From an uncultured delta proteobacterium (GTDB taxonomy: Bacteria; Myxococcota_A; Polyangia; Polyangiales; Polyangiaceae): a DNA stretch of 64,000 bases. The notes beneath the pieces were generated by a model, which was not told the DNA's origin, ran no database searches, and saw only the letters and a list, made by a program, of their open reading frames with translations. The stretch covers positions 1,664,001 through 1,728,000 of the forward strand of contig CAWKKR010000008.1 in the NCBI GenBank assembly GCA_963850305.1, read 5' to 3'. Below, piece by piece: positions 49,258 to 59,726 of this stretch. The translations under genes were made by a program, and so were the position numbers. The stretch's first letter is position 1; the number at the start of each line of letters is the position of its first letter.

Positions 49258-52200
49258 TCATGGAGCGAGTGCCGAGCTCCGAGGGGCGTCGGTGGCGCCC
49301 GGTTGCGCCCGAAGCGCTGCGTCCGCACGATCGAGCGCTTCTGCCAATCTCTGCGCTAGCACGCGCACATGGGGTTCCTCGCACATCGACTCATGATCGC
49401 CCGGGCATATCACGACATCGACGCCCCCTTGCAGGTAGCGCTCCCAGCCGTGCGCCTCGCTGACTTCGACCGCGGTCCACAGGGATAACGCTACCTCTGC
49501 CTGTGCGCGGAAGAGCGTAGCGCGGCCCGACCATGGCTCCGGGCGGTAGCGCCTTTCGGCGATGACCCATGAGTCCTTGAGCGCGTCATAGCGGTAGCGC
49601 TCCGAGAACATTTTCTCGAGCTGCCGACTGAGTTTGAGTCTCAATGCCTGCGTCTCGCTGGCAAGCCGTCGCCCGAACGTACCGACGACGTAGGAAGCTC
49701 CCTGAAGGCGTGCACGCCGCGCATGGATCCTGACGCGCTCGACGAGAGGGCGTATCGGCAGCGCCGGGCTGAAGGAATCCAGAAACCCCAGAAACGCTAC
49801 CTTCTCGCCTTCGCGCTCCAGCTGGCGAGCCATCTCGTACGCGGCGACGCCGCCGCCCGAATAACCACCGACGAAATAGGGACCCGACGGCTGGACGCGT
49901 CGGATCTCACCGACGTAATGCGCCGCCAGCGCCTCCACTTCGTAAAGTCGCCCGCCATCGCCGGCCGCGCCGGGCGGCTGGAGTCCGTAGATGCGTCGCG
50001 TCTTGCCCATGAGTACGGAAAGCTTCCGGAGGTTGTTGAGCGTCCCGCCCATTCCAGCTACGCAAAAGAAGGGACGTCCGTCGCCTTCGCCTTGCATCGT
50101 GACCAGGGACGTCCACCGCGAGTTTTGTGCGGCCCCTCCATTCGCGTTCCGCGCGCGCACGGCGCTACTCTCGGGCTCCGCGCCGTCCGCATGCGTCTCG
50201 CGGAGGGGTCCAGCGGGCGTGGACTCGGCCCGCAGCGGAGCGAGTCCGCCCTCTTCGCGTACGATCACCGCCGTTTGGGCAATCGTGGGCGCGTCGAAGA
50301 GCGTCGAGATCGGGAGGTCGGTGCCATACTTCTTGCGGATCTTGTTGAAGAGGCGAACCGCGATGAGAGATTGCCCGCCGAGTTCGAAAAAGTCGTCGTG
50401 GACTCCCACCTCTTTCACGCCGAGGAGATCGCGCCAGATGACGGCAAGCTCGCGTTCCACGTCGTCTCTTGGCGCGACATAATTGGTGCTCAAGTTGGGT
50501 CGCTCGTACGTCGTCGCGCTCTTCGTCGCGCCTTCCCGGGGTACGACGTGTGCCTGCGACTCGGCATCCGTCGTCGCGAGCCAATCGTCGAGATCGATCG
50601 ACGAAACGACAATCTGTCGTTTCACTTTCGACCGCAGGATGCGACCGAGCGCGTCAATCCCTTCGTGCGGCAAGATCCCCTGGGAGATCGCGGTCCCGAC
50701 GCGTGTCACCTTCGATGTCGGGGGCTCGGCTCGAGCGGTCTCGGCGCGCATCGCGGCCGCCAGATCTACGCGCTTCATCACGAAGTCGGTGACGTGCGCC
50801 ACTCCGCCGCCGTGCTCGTCGTAGATCACGACGTCGAACGTGATGAAGTCCTGCGTGCCTTTCTTGAAACGCACATGGCTAGACAGTTTCTCCGGGAGCG
50901 AGCGAAGCAAGATCACGCGGCCATACGAAAACGGAACGTAGAAGTCCCGTTCTTGATCGAACCCCGGGACGATCGTCTGTGCCGCGCCGGTAGCCATGTC
51001 GAGCAGCGCGGGATGCAGCCTGAGCTGTTTCAGGTCTTCGCGACATGCCGCCGGTAACTCGAGCCCGAGCAGGGCTTCCCGGTGCCCGATCGCTCGGGTC
51101 CTGACGTTTCCCCACCGAGGGCCGAAATCCACGAACGGCTGATCGAGGAAGCCGTCGATGGCTTGTCTGGAGATCGTGCACCGTGCGAGAACCTCCCCGA
51201 TGTTCTCGCGAGGGAGCATGGCGGCGTCGACGTATGCGATCCGGCCCGTCACGTGAAGCGCGTCGGGTGCTTCGCTCGTGAACCAGAACTCTGCGGCGCT
51301 CGGACTCGTTCGGCGAAGGCGTAAGCGGAGCTCTCGCGTCTCCCCGAGCCGTACCGAGAACGGTGCCAGAAAGAACACGTCACGAAGCTCCACCGCGCGA
51401 GACTCGGGGCGCAGTTCGAGCGCGGCCCTCGCCATCTCGAGGTAAGCGGTTCCGGGGATCAACGCCTCGCCGCCGTGAATGACGTGTTCGGCAAGGAGCC
51501 AGTGCGTCCGCCGGCTGAACGCGGTCGAAAGGACGGTTTCCACGGGCGAATCGCTCTCCACCCTGGAGAGCATCGGGTGCTCGCTCCATCGTTGCGATTT
51601 CTGCACCACCGATTGAGGTGGCGTCCTGTCCGCCAGCGTGACGGCCATGCCGATCTCGCGCCAAGCGTTCCAGTTGATCGCCAGCGCCCGCGTTCCTCGA
51701 TCTGCCAGGTCCTCGGCGAATGCATCCAGGAACGCGTTCGCGGCCGTGTAATCCACTTGACCCTCGAGGCCCAGGATCGAGCTCACGGACGAAAAGACCA
51801 TGAAGAAATCCAGAGTCTGGGGCGTGAGCAGTCCACCGAGGATCAGTGCTCCTTTTACTTTGGGTCCGATGACGGCGGCCGCAGCCTCCTTCGTCTTCAG
51901 CGCAATTAGCCCGTCGTCGATGACACCGGCCGCATGAATGAGGCCATGAATCTCGCCGAAGCGGGCGCGGGCCGCGCGCAGCACGCCTTCCATCTGAGTC
52001 CGATCCGCGACATCGGCTGCGAGCGTGAGCACCTCGCTGCCCAGCGCGCGTATCGCCTCGAGCTTCCGGATCCGATGGCTGGTCCGATCGCCATCCCCGT
52101 GGCTGGCGAGCCACGCGCCCCATTCGGACTCCGGCGGCAGGGGCGATCGCCCGACGAGTACGAGCCGCACTTCCGCGACCCGCGCGAAATGCTCTGCGAT

Positions 52201-55200
52201 TTCGAGCCCGATGCCGCCGATGCCGCCGGTGACGAGATAGACGCCGCGCCGCCGAACGATCGGAGGCGCGTTCGTCGACTCTTCGAGCCGGACGCGGTCG
52301 TAGCTTCGGGTCCATCGCTCCGAGCCGCGGCGTATCACGACGCGATCATCCGTCATGGTGGCGGCTTCGCCGATGATCACGCGAGCGGCGGCGCGACGGG
52401 CGGCTTGCCCGTGGCCGAAATGGATGTCCACGTGTCGCGTCCGGACGTGCGGCATCTCGCGCGGAATGACCCGGACCGGGCCGGTGAGGACTGCACGTCC
52501 GGGCTCGCGAATCGGTTCATTGCCGAGCGACAGGAGGTCGTTCGACACGACGGTCAATGACGTCGGATTTTCGCGTTCGTCCAAGATCTTCGCCAGGAAG
52601 AGGAGGCTGTCGAAACAGAGTTCGCGCACGTCGTCGAACCGGGACAGCTCCGCCCAAGCGTCCCGCTTTTCGGCGAAACGAGGCGGCTTCGTGACTCCCC
52701 ATAGATGGATGACGTGGGTAGGGACGCGATTCGATTGTTCGAGCGCGTCGAGCAGGGACACGTAATCCGCAGCGTGACCCGGGCGCACGGTGTAACGGTC
52801 TGGCGCGTTCTTCGCGTACGTCCACCCCGGTGAAACCAGGGCGAGCGTTCGTCCCTCGAGAGCCTTCGCGAGCGCTCCGCCGAGACCCACGTCGTCCGTG
52901 AACACGAGCCACGGACCGTCCGGGATCATCTCCTCGGCAAGGACGGATCGCGTCCACGACGGCAGGTAGAACCAATCTGCGATGTCGGGCTTCTTGCGCC
53001 GAGCTCTCGATAGATCGCTCGGGTCCGTCGAGGCGACGGGATTGCCTCGTTCGATCCAGTAGCGCTGGCGTTCGAAGGGATAGGTGGGTAGCGCGACTCT
53101 GTGACGTCGCTCTCGCTCGTAGAATCTCGTAAAGTTCGGGATCGTTCCGTGCGCCCACAATTTGCCGAGCGTGTGGAGAAGAAACGAGTCGTCGGGAATC
53201 GCCTCGTCCGGGTGGCGGAGCGTCGGCATGACGACGGCGCGCTGTCCCGCCTGTAAGCGCGCGAGGCTCGAGAGGGTCCGGCCCGGACCGACCTCGAGTA
53301 AAATGCGTTCACCGCCCCGCATTACTTCCGCGATGCCGTCGCCGAATCGGACGGTGTGTCTCAGATGGCGCAGCCAGTAGAGAGGATCGGTTGCCTCGTC
53401 AGGCCGGATCCAGCGGCCCGTCAGGTTGGACATGAACGGTGTCCTGGGCGACGACAGCGACGTCTTTCGCAGGAATCGTTCGAATTCACCGAGAAACGGA
53501 TCGAGCATCGCCGAGTGGGCCGCCACGGCGATGCGAACTCTGCTGCATTCGAGTTCGCGCGCCCTCAGCGTCTCTTCGAGGGCGCCGATCGCTCCGGAGG
53601 GACCCGACACGACGCACAGTTCGGGCGCATTGACTGCCGCGATCGACAACGTCGCATCGAGCAGCGGCGATATCTGAGACTCGGACAGCGGAACGACGAG
53701 CATCGCACCCGGCGCGAGCGACTCGAAGAGACGTCCGCGAAGCTCGAGCAACGCGAGGGCGTCGTTCAGCGACAGTACTTGCGCCAGGCAAGCCGCGACG
53801 TACTCGCCCATGCTGTGGCCGATCATCGCGGCGGGCTCGACTCCCCACGACTCGAGGAGCTTCGCCATCGAGTAACTAGTCGCGAAAACGGAGCAGAGAG
53901 ACAGCGTCGGTCGCTCCAGCTCCGTGCTCGCCGCGTCGCGATCGAGAGGGTCATCGAGCACCAGGCGTCGGAGGGTGGCGGCTACCGCCGGACCGAGGGC
54001 TGCCAAACATTCGTCGAACGCCGTCCGGTACGCCGGTTCGGTCCAATACAGATGGGTGCCGACGCCCGGGTACTGTGCGCCGCCGCCGGGGAACATGAAC
54101 ACGACGGAGGGGGTCGTTCGACGCGAGGCGTACGTGTACGCGCGCTTGGGATCCGGTGTTTCGAGAGCCGCGATGGCGTCCGCGCAGTCCGACGCCACGA
54201 AGGCCCTTCGATGCGCAAATTGCTTTCGCCCGACGTTCAGCGTGAACGCCACGTCGGCCAGCACCGCGTACGGGTTTCGTCTGAGGTGATCGGCGAGCCG
54301 CGCCGCGGCCCGATCGAGTGCCGCTTCACTCCGGGCACTGAGAGTGACGAGCTGGCACGCGCGCGAGCCCCCCGAGGGTTCGAGCGAGGGCGCCTCCTCG
54401 AGCACCACGTGTGCGTTCGTGCCTCCTGCGCCCAGCGACGTCATCCCCGCGCGCCGCGGCCCCTTCGCTTCCCAGGGAACGAGCCGCGTGTTCACGTAGA
54501 CCGGGGACGACGCGAAGTCGATTTCGGGATTTGGTTTCTCGTAATTGATGGAAGGCGGGATCTGGCGATGTTCGAAGGCCAGCAGCGTCTTCAGGAGCCC
54601 CGCCATGCCAGCCGCTTCGCCCAGGTGACCGATGTTCGCTTTGACGGAGCCGATCGCGCAAAATTGCCGCCGCCTCGTTTGCTTGGAGAACGCGTTGGTG
54701 AGCGCGGCGATCTCGATCGGATCTCCCATCGCGGTGCCCGTACCGTGACTCTCGATGTAAGTGATCGTCTCGGCATCGATCCCGGAAAGTGAGAGCGCAT
54801 CCGTGATGACGGCTGCCTGACCCTGCACGCTCGGAGCGAGGTATCCAACCTTCAACGAGCCGTCGTTGTTGACGGCGGAGCCGCGGACCAATCCCAGTAC
54901 GCGATCGCCGTCGCGGAGCGCGTCCTCGAGGCGTTTCAACACCACGCACCCGGTGCCGCTACCGAATAGGGTCCCCGATGACGCAGCGTCGAATGGCCTG
55001 CAATGCCCGTCGCGCGAGAGGATCTCGCCCGGCTTGAACAGATAGCCGCGGTCCTGCGGCAAGACCAGGGTCGACGCACCCGCGAGCGCCATGTCGCATT
55101 CTCCGCTCTGCAAACTCTGACAAGCGAGATGGACGGCTGTGAGCGAGGAGGAACAGGCCGTCTGCACGTTCATGCTCGGCCCTCTCAGGTTCATCTGGTA

Positions 55201-55707
55201 AGAGACGCGCGTGGCCAAAAAATTCATGTCGTTGCCCGTGTGGCGGGCAAGCCACTCGCCCACCGTGTTCATCACCTCCGCGTTCCTGACGAGGTGATGC
55301 ATCATGTACGTATTCATGCCGCACGCCGCGAACACGCCCACGGGCCCCGCCGTCCTTTCGGGATCGTAGCCTGCGTCCTCCATCGCTTCCCACGCGGTCT
55401 CGAGGAAAAGACGATGTTGTGGATCCATCATCGCCGCGTCGCGAGGACTCATGCCGAAGAATCCCGCGTCGAACAGTTCGATGTCATCGAGAACGGGGCA
55501 TGCTCTGACGTAGCTCGGATCGCCGAGCATCTCCGGGGTCTCTCCCGCGGCGGCGAGTTCCTCGTCGGTGAACGTCCGCACCGACTCTCGCCCGTTGCTC
55601 AAGTTGTTCCAGAATTCACGCAGCCCGGGCGCGCCAGGAAATCGTCCGGCAGCACCGATGATCGCCACCGTGGAGACGTCGAAGTCGCGGTCGTTGCCCT
55701 CTCCCAT
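49258..55707 (-). CDS. Single-module type I polyketide synthase KS-AT-KR-DH-ACP-TE
   Basis: KS: QTACSSSL, HGTGT, NIGHL. AT: GHSMGEY, AAHS. KR: GGIGGIG, HAAGVIDD, DYTAAN. DH: EHVIHGGEALIPGT, HPALLD. ACP: FFELGGQSL. TE: GYSGG, GDH. Confidence 0.93.
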   Translation of the reverse strand: MGEGNDRDFDVSTVAIIGAAGRFPGAPGLREFWNNLSNGRESVRTFTDEELAAAGETPEMLGDPSYVRACPVLDDIELFDAGFFGMSPRDAAMMDPQHRLFLETAWEAMEDAGYDPERTAGPVGVFAACGMNTYMMHHLVRNAEVMNTVGEWLARHTGNDMNFLATRVSYQMNLRGPSMNVQTACSSSLTAVHLACQSLQSGECDMALAGASTLVLPQDRGYLFKPGEILSRDGHCRPFDAASSGTLFGSGTGCVVLKRLEDALRDGDRVLGLVRGSAVNNDGSLKVGYLAPSVQGQAAVITDALSLSGIDAETITYIESHGTGTAMGDPIEIAALTNAFSKQTRRRQFCAIGSVKANIGHLGEAAGMAGLLKTLLAFEHRQIPPSINYEKPNPEIDFASSPVYVNTRLVPWEAKGPRRAGMTSLGAGGTNAHVVLEEAPSLEPSGGSRACQLVTLSARSEAALDRAAARLADHLRRNPYAVLADVAFTLNVGRKQFAHRRAFVASDCADAIAALETPDPKRAYTYASRRTTPSVVFMFPGGGAQYPGVGTHLYWTEPAYRTAFDECLAALGPAVAATLRRLVLDDPLDRDAASTELERPTLSLCSVFATSYSMAKLLESWGVEPAAMIGHSMGEYVAACLAQVLSLNDALALLELRGRLFESLAPGAMLVVPLSESQISPLLDATLSIAAVNAPELCVVSGPSGAIGALEETLRARELECSRVRIAVAAHSAMLDPFLGEFERFLRKTSLSSPRTPFMSNLTGRWIRPDEATDPLYWLRHLRHTVRFGDGIAEVMRGGERILLEVGPGRTLSSLARLQAGQRAVVMPTLRHPDEAIPDDSFLLHTLGKLWAHGTIPNFTRFYERERRHRVALPTYPFERQRYWIERGNPVASTDPSDLSRARRKKPDIADWFYLPSWTRSVLAEEMIPDGPWLVFTDDVGLGGALAKALEGRTLALVSPGWTYAKNAPDRYTVRPGHAADYVSLLDALEQSNRVPTHVIHLWGVTKPPRFAEKRDAWAELSRFDDVRELCFDSLLFLAKILDERENPTSLTVVSNDLLSLGNEPIREPGRAVLTGPVRVIPREMPHVRTRHVDIHFGHGQAARRAAARVIIGEAATMTDDRVVIRRGSERWTRSYDRVRLEESTNAPPIVRRRGVYLVTGGIGGIGLEIAEHFARVAEVRLVLVGRSPLPPESEWGAWLASHGDGDRTSHRIRKLEAIRALGSEVLTLAADVADRTQMEGVLRAARARFGEIHGLIHAAGVIDDGLIALKTKEAAAAVIGPKVKGALILGGLLTPQTLDFFMVFSSVSSILGLEGQVDYTAANAFLDAFAEDLADRGTRALAINWNAWREIGMAVTLADRTPPQSVVQKSQRWSEHPMLSRVESDSPVETVLSTAFSRRTHWLLAEHVIHGGEALIPGTAYLEMARAALELRPESRAVELRDVFFLAPFSVRLGETRELRLRLRRTSPSAAEFWFTSEAPDALHVTGRIAYVDAAMLPRENIGEVLARCTISRQAIDGFLDQPFVDFGPRWGNVRTRAIGHREALLGLELPAACREDLKQLRLHPALLDMATGAAQTIVPGFDQERDFYVPFSYGRVILLRSLPEKLSSHVRFKKGTQDFITFDVVIYDEHGGGVAHVTDFVMKRVDLAAAMRAETARAEPPTSKVTRVGTAISQGILPHEGIDALGRILRSKVKRQIVVSSIDLDDWLATTDAESQAHVVPREGATKSATTYERPNLSTNYVAPRDDVERELAVIWRDLLGVKEVGVHDDFFELGGQSLIAVRLFNKIRKKYGTDLPISTLFDAPTIAQTAVIVREEGGLAPLRAESTPAGPLRETHADGAEPESSAVRARNANGGAAQNSRWTSLVTMQGEGDGRPFFCVAGMGGTLNNLRKLSVLMGKTRRIYGLQPPGAAGDGGRLYEVEALAAHYVGEIRRVQPSGPYFVGGYSGGGVAAYEMARQLEREGEKVAFLGFLDSFSPALPIRPLVERVRIHARRARLQGASYVVGTFGRRLASETQALRLKLSRQLEKMFSERYRYDALKDSWVIAERRYRPEPWSGRATLFRAQAEVALSLWTAVEVSEAHGWERYLQGGVDVVICPGDHESMCEEPHVRVLAQRLAEALDRADAALRAQPGATDAPRSSALAP

Positions 55708-55908
55708 GAACGTCCTCAATGACACCACGCGGATCGGGTCGGTTCAACCGACCGGCTCCCGCGTCAGCGGTGTCGACCGCGCGTCACGATATGACGTCTC
55801 ACACGGCGAGCGCGTAAAGCTTGCGTCTCGGTTACTTCACCCGTTCCGAAGGTTCGCTCCCGGTCAGGTGATGGGGCCCGTCCCACTGGACCGCCCGCTT
55901 TGGCGTCT

Positions 55909-56997
55909 TCACCGTGAGTGCCGCTCGAGGTCCGCGACGACGCAGAGATGGTCGGAAGCGCCTGGGCACCCGACGGAGAACCCGGAGAAGCGCAGTTCGC
56001 GGGTGGCGAAGATCCTATCGATGCGCATCCAGGGGTGTCGTGCGGGAAACGTGTATCCAAATCCGAAGCCGGCCATCGAAAAGCCATCCTGGTATCGCCC
56101 GAGGTACCGCCGGACCAGAGGACTGACCGTGGGTAAATTCGTGTCGCCCGCGATGACTACCGGCTCCGTCTCCCGGTCTGCGTCGGCCGCGAAGGCCCGG
56201 ACTTGTTGCTCGCGCAGCCCCGAGCTTTCGCGCAACGCCTCGGCGTTGGCGGCGGCGAAGAACCTGCCCGACAGGATTTCCCTCCGCAGACCGTGACCGC
56301 GGAGCGCGTAGAAGCCGCCGCGGGGCGAAAGCGGATGAACGACGTAGAGTACGATGCGCCCAAGCGGAGTCCGCAAAACGTGCCGGAGGTAGCGCGGCGA
56401 ATGACTCCGCCCATAAAACGGAATGCGCGGAGGAGTCTGCGTTTCCGCGATCGGAAACCGCGACGCAATGACGAACTGATTGGACGCCTCCACGACGGGA
56501 TAGTGGGTCCGGAGCAGAGCGACGAGCGTTGATGAATTGGCGAGGACCTCCTGAAACACAGCGACGTCCGGATGGAATTTCAGCACTTGACCAACGACTT
56601 TGTCGAACCCCTCTCGACCAGAGTCCACGTTGAAACTCAAGAGCCGGAACTTCGGTGCGTCCCTTGATGGGAACATGGGCCACGGGACGGAGAAGCCCAT
56701 CATGGGAAAAAGTACGAGCCACGCGGCGGCAAGCTGCGTGTAGAGCAAACGCCTGAAACCGAACGCGAAGAGGGTGAGCGCAAAGAAAGGGATCGGCGCG
56801 AGGAAGATGCCGAATGGAAGGTAAAGTGCGGTGGCCGTTGCCCACCAGTGTTCTCCCACGGTGCGAATCCAGACCGTCAGGACGCCGACACCGACGAGAT
56901 ACGCGGTCGCGGCGGCGGCGACGGCTCGGCCGAACCACGTGGCTATGGCCCCGCGGGCCGTTCTCGTTCCGCGCGCTCCCGAGCCGTTCGTACCCAT
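55909..56997 (-). CDS. Membrane-anchored endonuclease/exonuclease/phosphatase (EEP) family protein
   Basis: 3 N-terminal TM segments; LLSFNV, PDVAVFQE, SRFPI, AGDTNLP, GYTFP, RIDRIF, SDH. Confidence 0.85.
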   Translation of the reverse strand: MGTNGSGARGTRTARGAIATWFGRAVAAAATAYLVGVGVLTVWIRTVGEHWWATATALYLPFGIFLAPIPFFALTLFAFGFRRLLYTQLAAAWLVLFPMMGFSVPWPMFPSRDAPKFRLLSFNVDSGREGFDKVVGQVLKFHPDVAVFQEVLANSSTLVALLRTHYPVVEASNQFVIASRFPIAETQTPPRIPFYGRSHSPRYLRHVLRTPLGRIVLYVVHPLSPRGGFYALRGHGLRREILSGRFFAAANAEALRESSGLREQQVRAFAADADRETEPVVIAGDTNLPTVSPLVRRYLGRYQDGFSMAGFGFGYTFPARHPWMRIDRIFATRELRFSGFSVGCPGASDHLCVVADLERHSR

Positions 56998-58160
56998 TCG
57001 GCGTCCGAGCGTGCCGGCCGTCCGGCAAGCGTCGCCTTCCATACGATGTACGCTGGTGCCAGCGCAAGGTCGACCAAGCCGCGAGCGCCGGTCCCTGAAA
57101 CCGCCCATCCGCGAAGAACGTAGGCGATGACGGAGAAGACGCTCGTGCCATATACGGCCCGGCTCAATGGCAGACGGACTCCCAGCAGATTCGCAGCGGC
57201 AACGACAGAAAGTCCGACGGACGCGAGCACCGCGACACGGGACAGAGGCGGCACCAGCACATCCAGCGCGAGGTCGAAGCAAAGCTTGTCGCCCGAGAGG
57301 GCCTTTCGGAGAAGTCTCGCCGCATACTTCCTCGTGAGCGCGGCCCGGCCGCCCTCCCACCTCTCGCGCTGCGATCGCGCCGCCCTCGCGTTCGAGACCA
57401 TCTCTCCGTAGACGTGTGCTTCGTCGGCGTAGAAGACACGGAATCCGGCCTCGGCGAGTCGAATTCCGTACTCGACATCCTCGACCACCGAGAAGGCCTC
57501 GTGCGGAACTTGGCGTAGCACCGACGCGCTGAAGCACATGCCGTTTCCCCGCAACCCCGCGGAAACGCCCATACGCTCACGGCCTCGCGATCGGACGATG
57601 TGGAACGCGCCGAAAGCGATGGCGATGAGCCGCGTCCGCCAACCCGCGTTCGGGTTTCTGACCGCGTAATCCGCTTGCACGGCATGGGCGCCCGCGAGCA
57701 AGCGGGCTTCGAACGCCCTGAGTAGGTTCGGCGAAACGAGGGTGTCCGCGTCGATCACCGCCACGGCATCGACGTTTTCCGGAAGTCGCTCGAACGCGTG
57801 GTGGAGCGCGTAGCCTTTACCGCGCTCCGTCTCGCTTCGCCGCTCGAGCACGACGGCACCCGCGCGCCGCGCCTGGTCTGCCGTGTCGTCCGAGCAATTG
57901 TCCGCGATCACCAGCACGTCGAACAACTCGCGCGGATAGTCGATCGCGAGGAGACTCTCGACGGTCGCACCGATACCGGCCGATTCGTCGTGGGCAGGAA
58001 CGCAAATCCGGAACCGCGTCTTGGGCGCGCGAATCCCGGGGACTGGTAGCCGCTCCGGCTCGGGTCTCGACGAAAGCGCCGTGAGAAGCAACAAGTAGCC
58101 CGCCCACATGAGCACGGGCGTCCCGAAGAGGGCGAAGATGAGGTCCCAAACGAGGGTCAC
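56943..58160 (-). CDS. Membrane GT2 glycosyltransferase
   Basis: VPAHDES, IADNCSDDT, GKGYAL, IDADT, GNGM, VED, QRERW; N- and C-terminal TM helices. Confidence 0.92.
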   Translation of the reverse strand: MTLVWDLIFALFGTPVLMWAGYLLLLTALSSRPEPERLPVPGIRAPKTRFRICVPAHDESAGIGATVESLLAIDYPRELFDVLVIADNCSDDTADQARRAGAVVLERRSETERGKGYALHHAFERLPENVDAVAVIDADTLVSPNLLRAFEARLLAGAHAVQADYAVRNPNAGWRTRLIAIAFGAFHIVRSRGRERMGVSAGLRGNGMCFSASVLRQVPHEAFSVVEDVEYGIRLAEAGFRVFYADEAHVYGEMVSNARAARSQRERWEGGRAALTRKYAARLLRKALSGDKLCFDLALDVLVPPLSRVAVLASVGLSVVAAANLLGVRLPLSRAVYGTSVFSVIAYVLRGWAVSGTGARGLVDLALAPAYIVWKATLAGRPARSDAEWVRTARERAERERPAGP

Positions 58161-59716
58161 GCCGCTTGCTCCGCGCGGGGCATCGACGCCGTAGGACGCG
58201 CTTCACGCGACTTCTTCTTGCCCCATTGCCCCGTGTAGACGGCAAGCTTCCCGGCAACCGCAATGGACGGAGCGACCATGTAAACACCGGTCCAGGAACC
58301 GAGGCCCATGTCGCCCCAGCACTGGATCATGTAGATCACGACCGCGCCGAAGCTGACGATCGCGGCGGCGCGATGAGCGGGCTTCGTCGCCCCGTGATAG
58401 GCGCGAATGCCGAAATACACGCCGACGGTCCAGAGGAGCGTCATGGCCGTGTACCCGAAGTATCCGCAATAGCACCACAGGCCGAGGATGCTGTTATGGG
58501 GAACGAAGCGTTCGAGCGGGTAATCGATCACCGGAAGTTGAACGACCTCGTGATAGCCGTGTCCGTACCCGGTTCCGAAGATCGGATTCTCGCGGACCGT
58601 TGCGATGAGGTCGTAGTTCTCCATCTCGCGCCACATCGTCGAGGCGTCGGCCTGCGCGTCCACGACGGATCGGATGGTCTCGACAGGCTTGAAGAACGAC
58701 GATTTGGAGTTCCATCCTGCGAGACAGTAGGCGACGAGGATCGGGCTCAATGCGTAGATGGTGCGTCGAAGCTTTCTCTTAACCGGATTGTCGGGTGTCA
58801 CGAAGTAAACAGTCAGAAACACAACTGCAACCTGAACCCAGGCCATCCGACGGTTGTTCGAGACGATGCCGAGGGCGAGGACCGGGATGAGCAGGAGAGC
58901 AAGCCTCCGCGTCGAGCGCCCCACACGCTCCATCACGGTCGCGAGCAGCAAGACGAACGCGCATGCGAAGAGCATCGAGTCGTGATGAGTCGTGGCGTAG
59001 GGGAGGCGAGTGCTGCCGGTGTCCGGATCCATCGGGCCGACCACGGTATTGATGACGTAGGTTGCGAGGAGAGCCTTGTACGTCGCTGCGACCAGCACGA
59101 CGCGTGCTAGCGCCGCGTGGTCCCTTGGTCCGCGAAGCCCGAGTTGGAACAGGAGAAATACGATCGGCAGATACATGACGCGGTTCATCTGCCAGAGGGA
59201 CATGCTGAAATCCCCGCCTCGCGCCATGCCACTCACGAACACGTACGCCGTCCCGCCGAGCGACAGGTACGCGAGCGTGATGAGCGGCTTTGGGGTCGAG
59301 ACCCGCCCCAGCCGATCGATGTTCGACGCGGTCAGTCGCCTCGAAAGTGCGATGAACCCGAGCGAGAGGAGACAGATGTCCATGCCCGAGAACGACATCC
59401 ACGACGTCGCGCCGATGCTGCGATCGACGGCGTTCAGATGTGTGAGCATGATCGCGCCAACCGTGAAGAACGGAGTCCTGAACACGTTGTAACCCGGGGC
59501 TTCCGCCGGATTTTCGAGCGTGAACGCCAGAAACATCAGTGCCATCATCGAAGTTCGAAGCGGCACGCGGCTCATCGCGTAGATACCGAGGACGAAGACG
59601 AGCGGTGTGAGCACGAGCCCCAGCGTCGTGTCACCGATTGCCAAACCGCCGAGGGTGAGGAGCAGGCCGAGAGTCAGGGCAACCTTGACATCTCCGCCAA
59701 TCTTCGCGTCGGCCAT
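58157..59716 (-). CDS. wzy: Wzy-like polysaccharide polymerase (O-antigen ligase-like fold)
   Basis: Multi-TM; NNRR.AW, STMWREMEN, NPIFGTGYG, PHNSILGLW (Wzy_C pattern); next to the co-polymerase. Confidence 0.8.
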   Translation of the reverse strand: MADAKIGGDVKVALTLGLLLTLGGLAIGDTTLGLVLTPLVFVLGIYAMSRVPLRTSMMALMFLAFTLENPAEAPGYNVFRTPFFTVGAIMLTHLNAVDRSIGATSWMSFSGMDICLLSLGFIALSRRLTASNIDRLGRVSTPKPLITLAYLSLGGTAYVFVSGMARGGDFSMSLWQMNRVMYLPIVFLLFQLGLRGPRDHAALARVVLVAATYKALLATYVINTVVGPMDPDTGSTRLPYATTHHDSMLFACAFVLLLATVMERVGRSTRRLALLLIPVLALGIVSNNRRMAWVQVAVVFLTVYFVTPDNPVKRKLRRTIYALSPILVAYCLAGWNSKSSFFKPVETIRSVVDAQADASTMWREMENYDLIATVRENPIFGTGYGHGYHEVVQLPVIDYPLERFVPHNSILGLWCYCGYFGYTAMTLLWTVGVYFGIRAYHGATKPAHRAAAIVSFGAVVIYMIQCWGDMGLGSWTGVYMVAPSIAVAGKLAVYTGQWGKKKSREARPTASMPRAEQAA

Positions 59717-59726
59717 CGACGGCGTC

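Noticed and set aside
49540..49556. GGCGGTAGC ops/JUMPstart-like element
   Set aside because: Lies inside the PKS coding region on the opposite strand, not in a leader.
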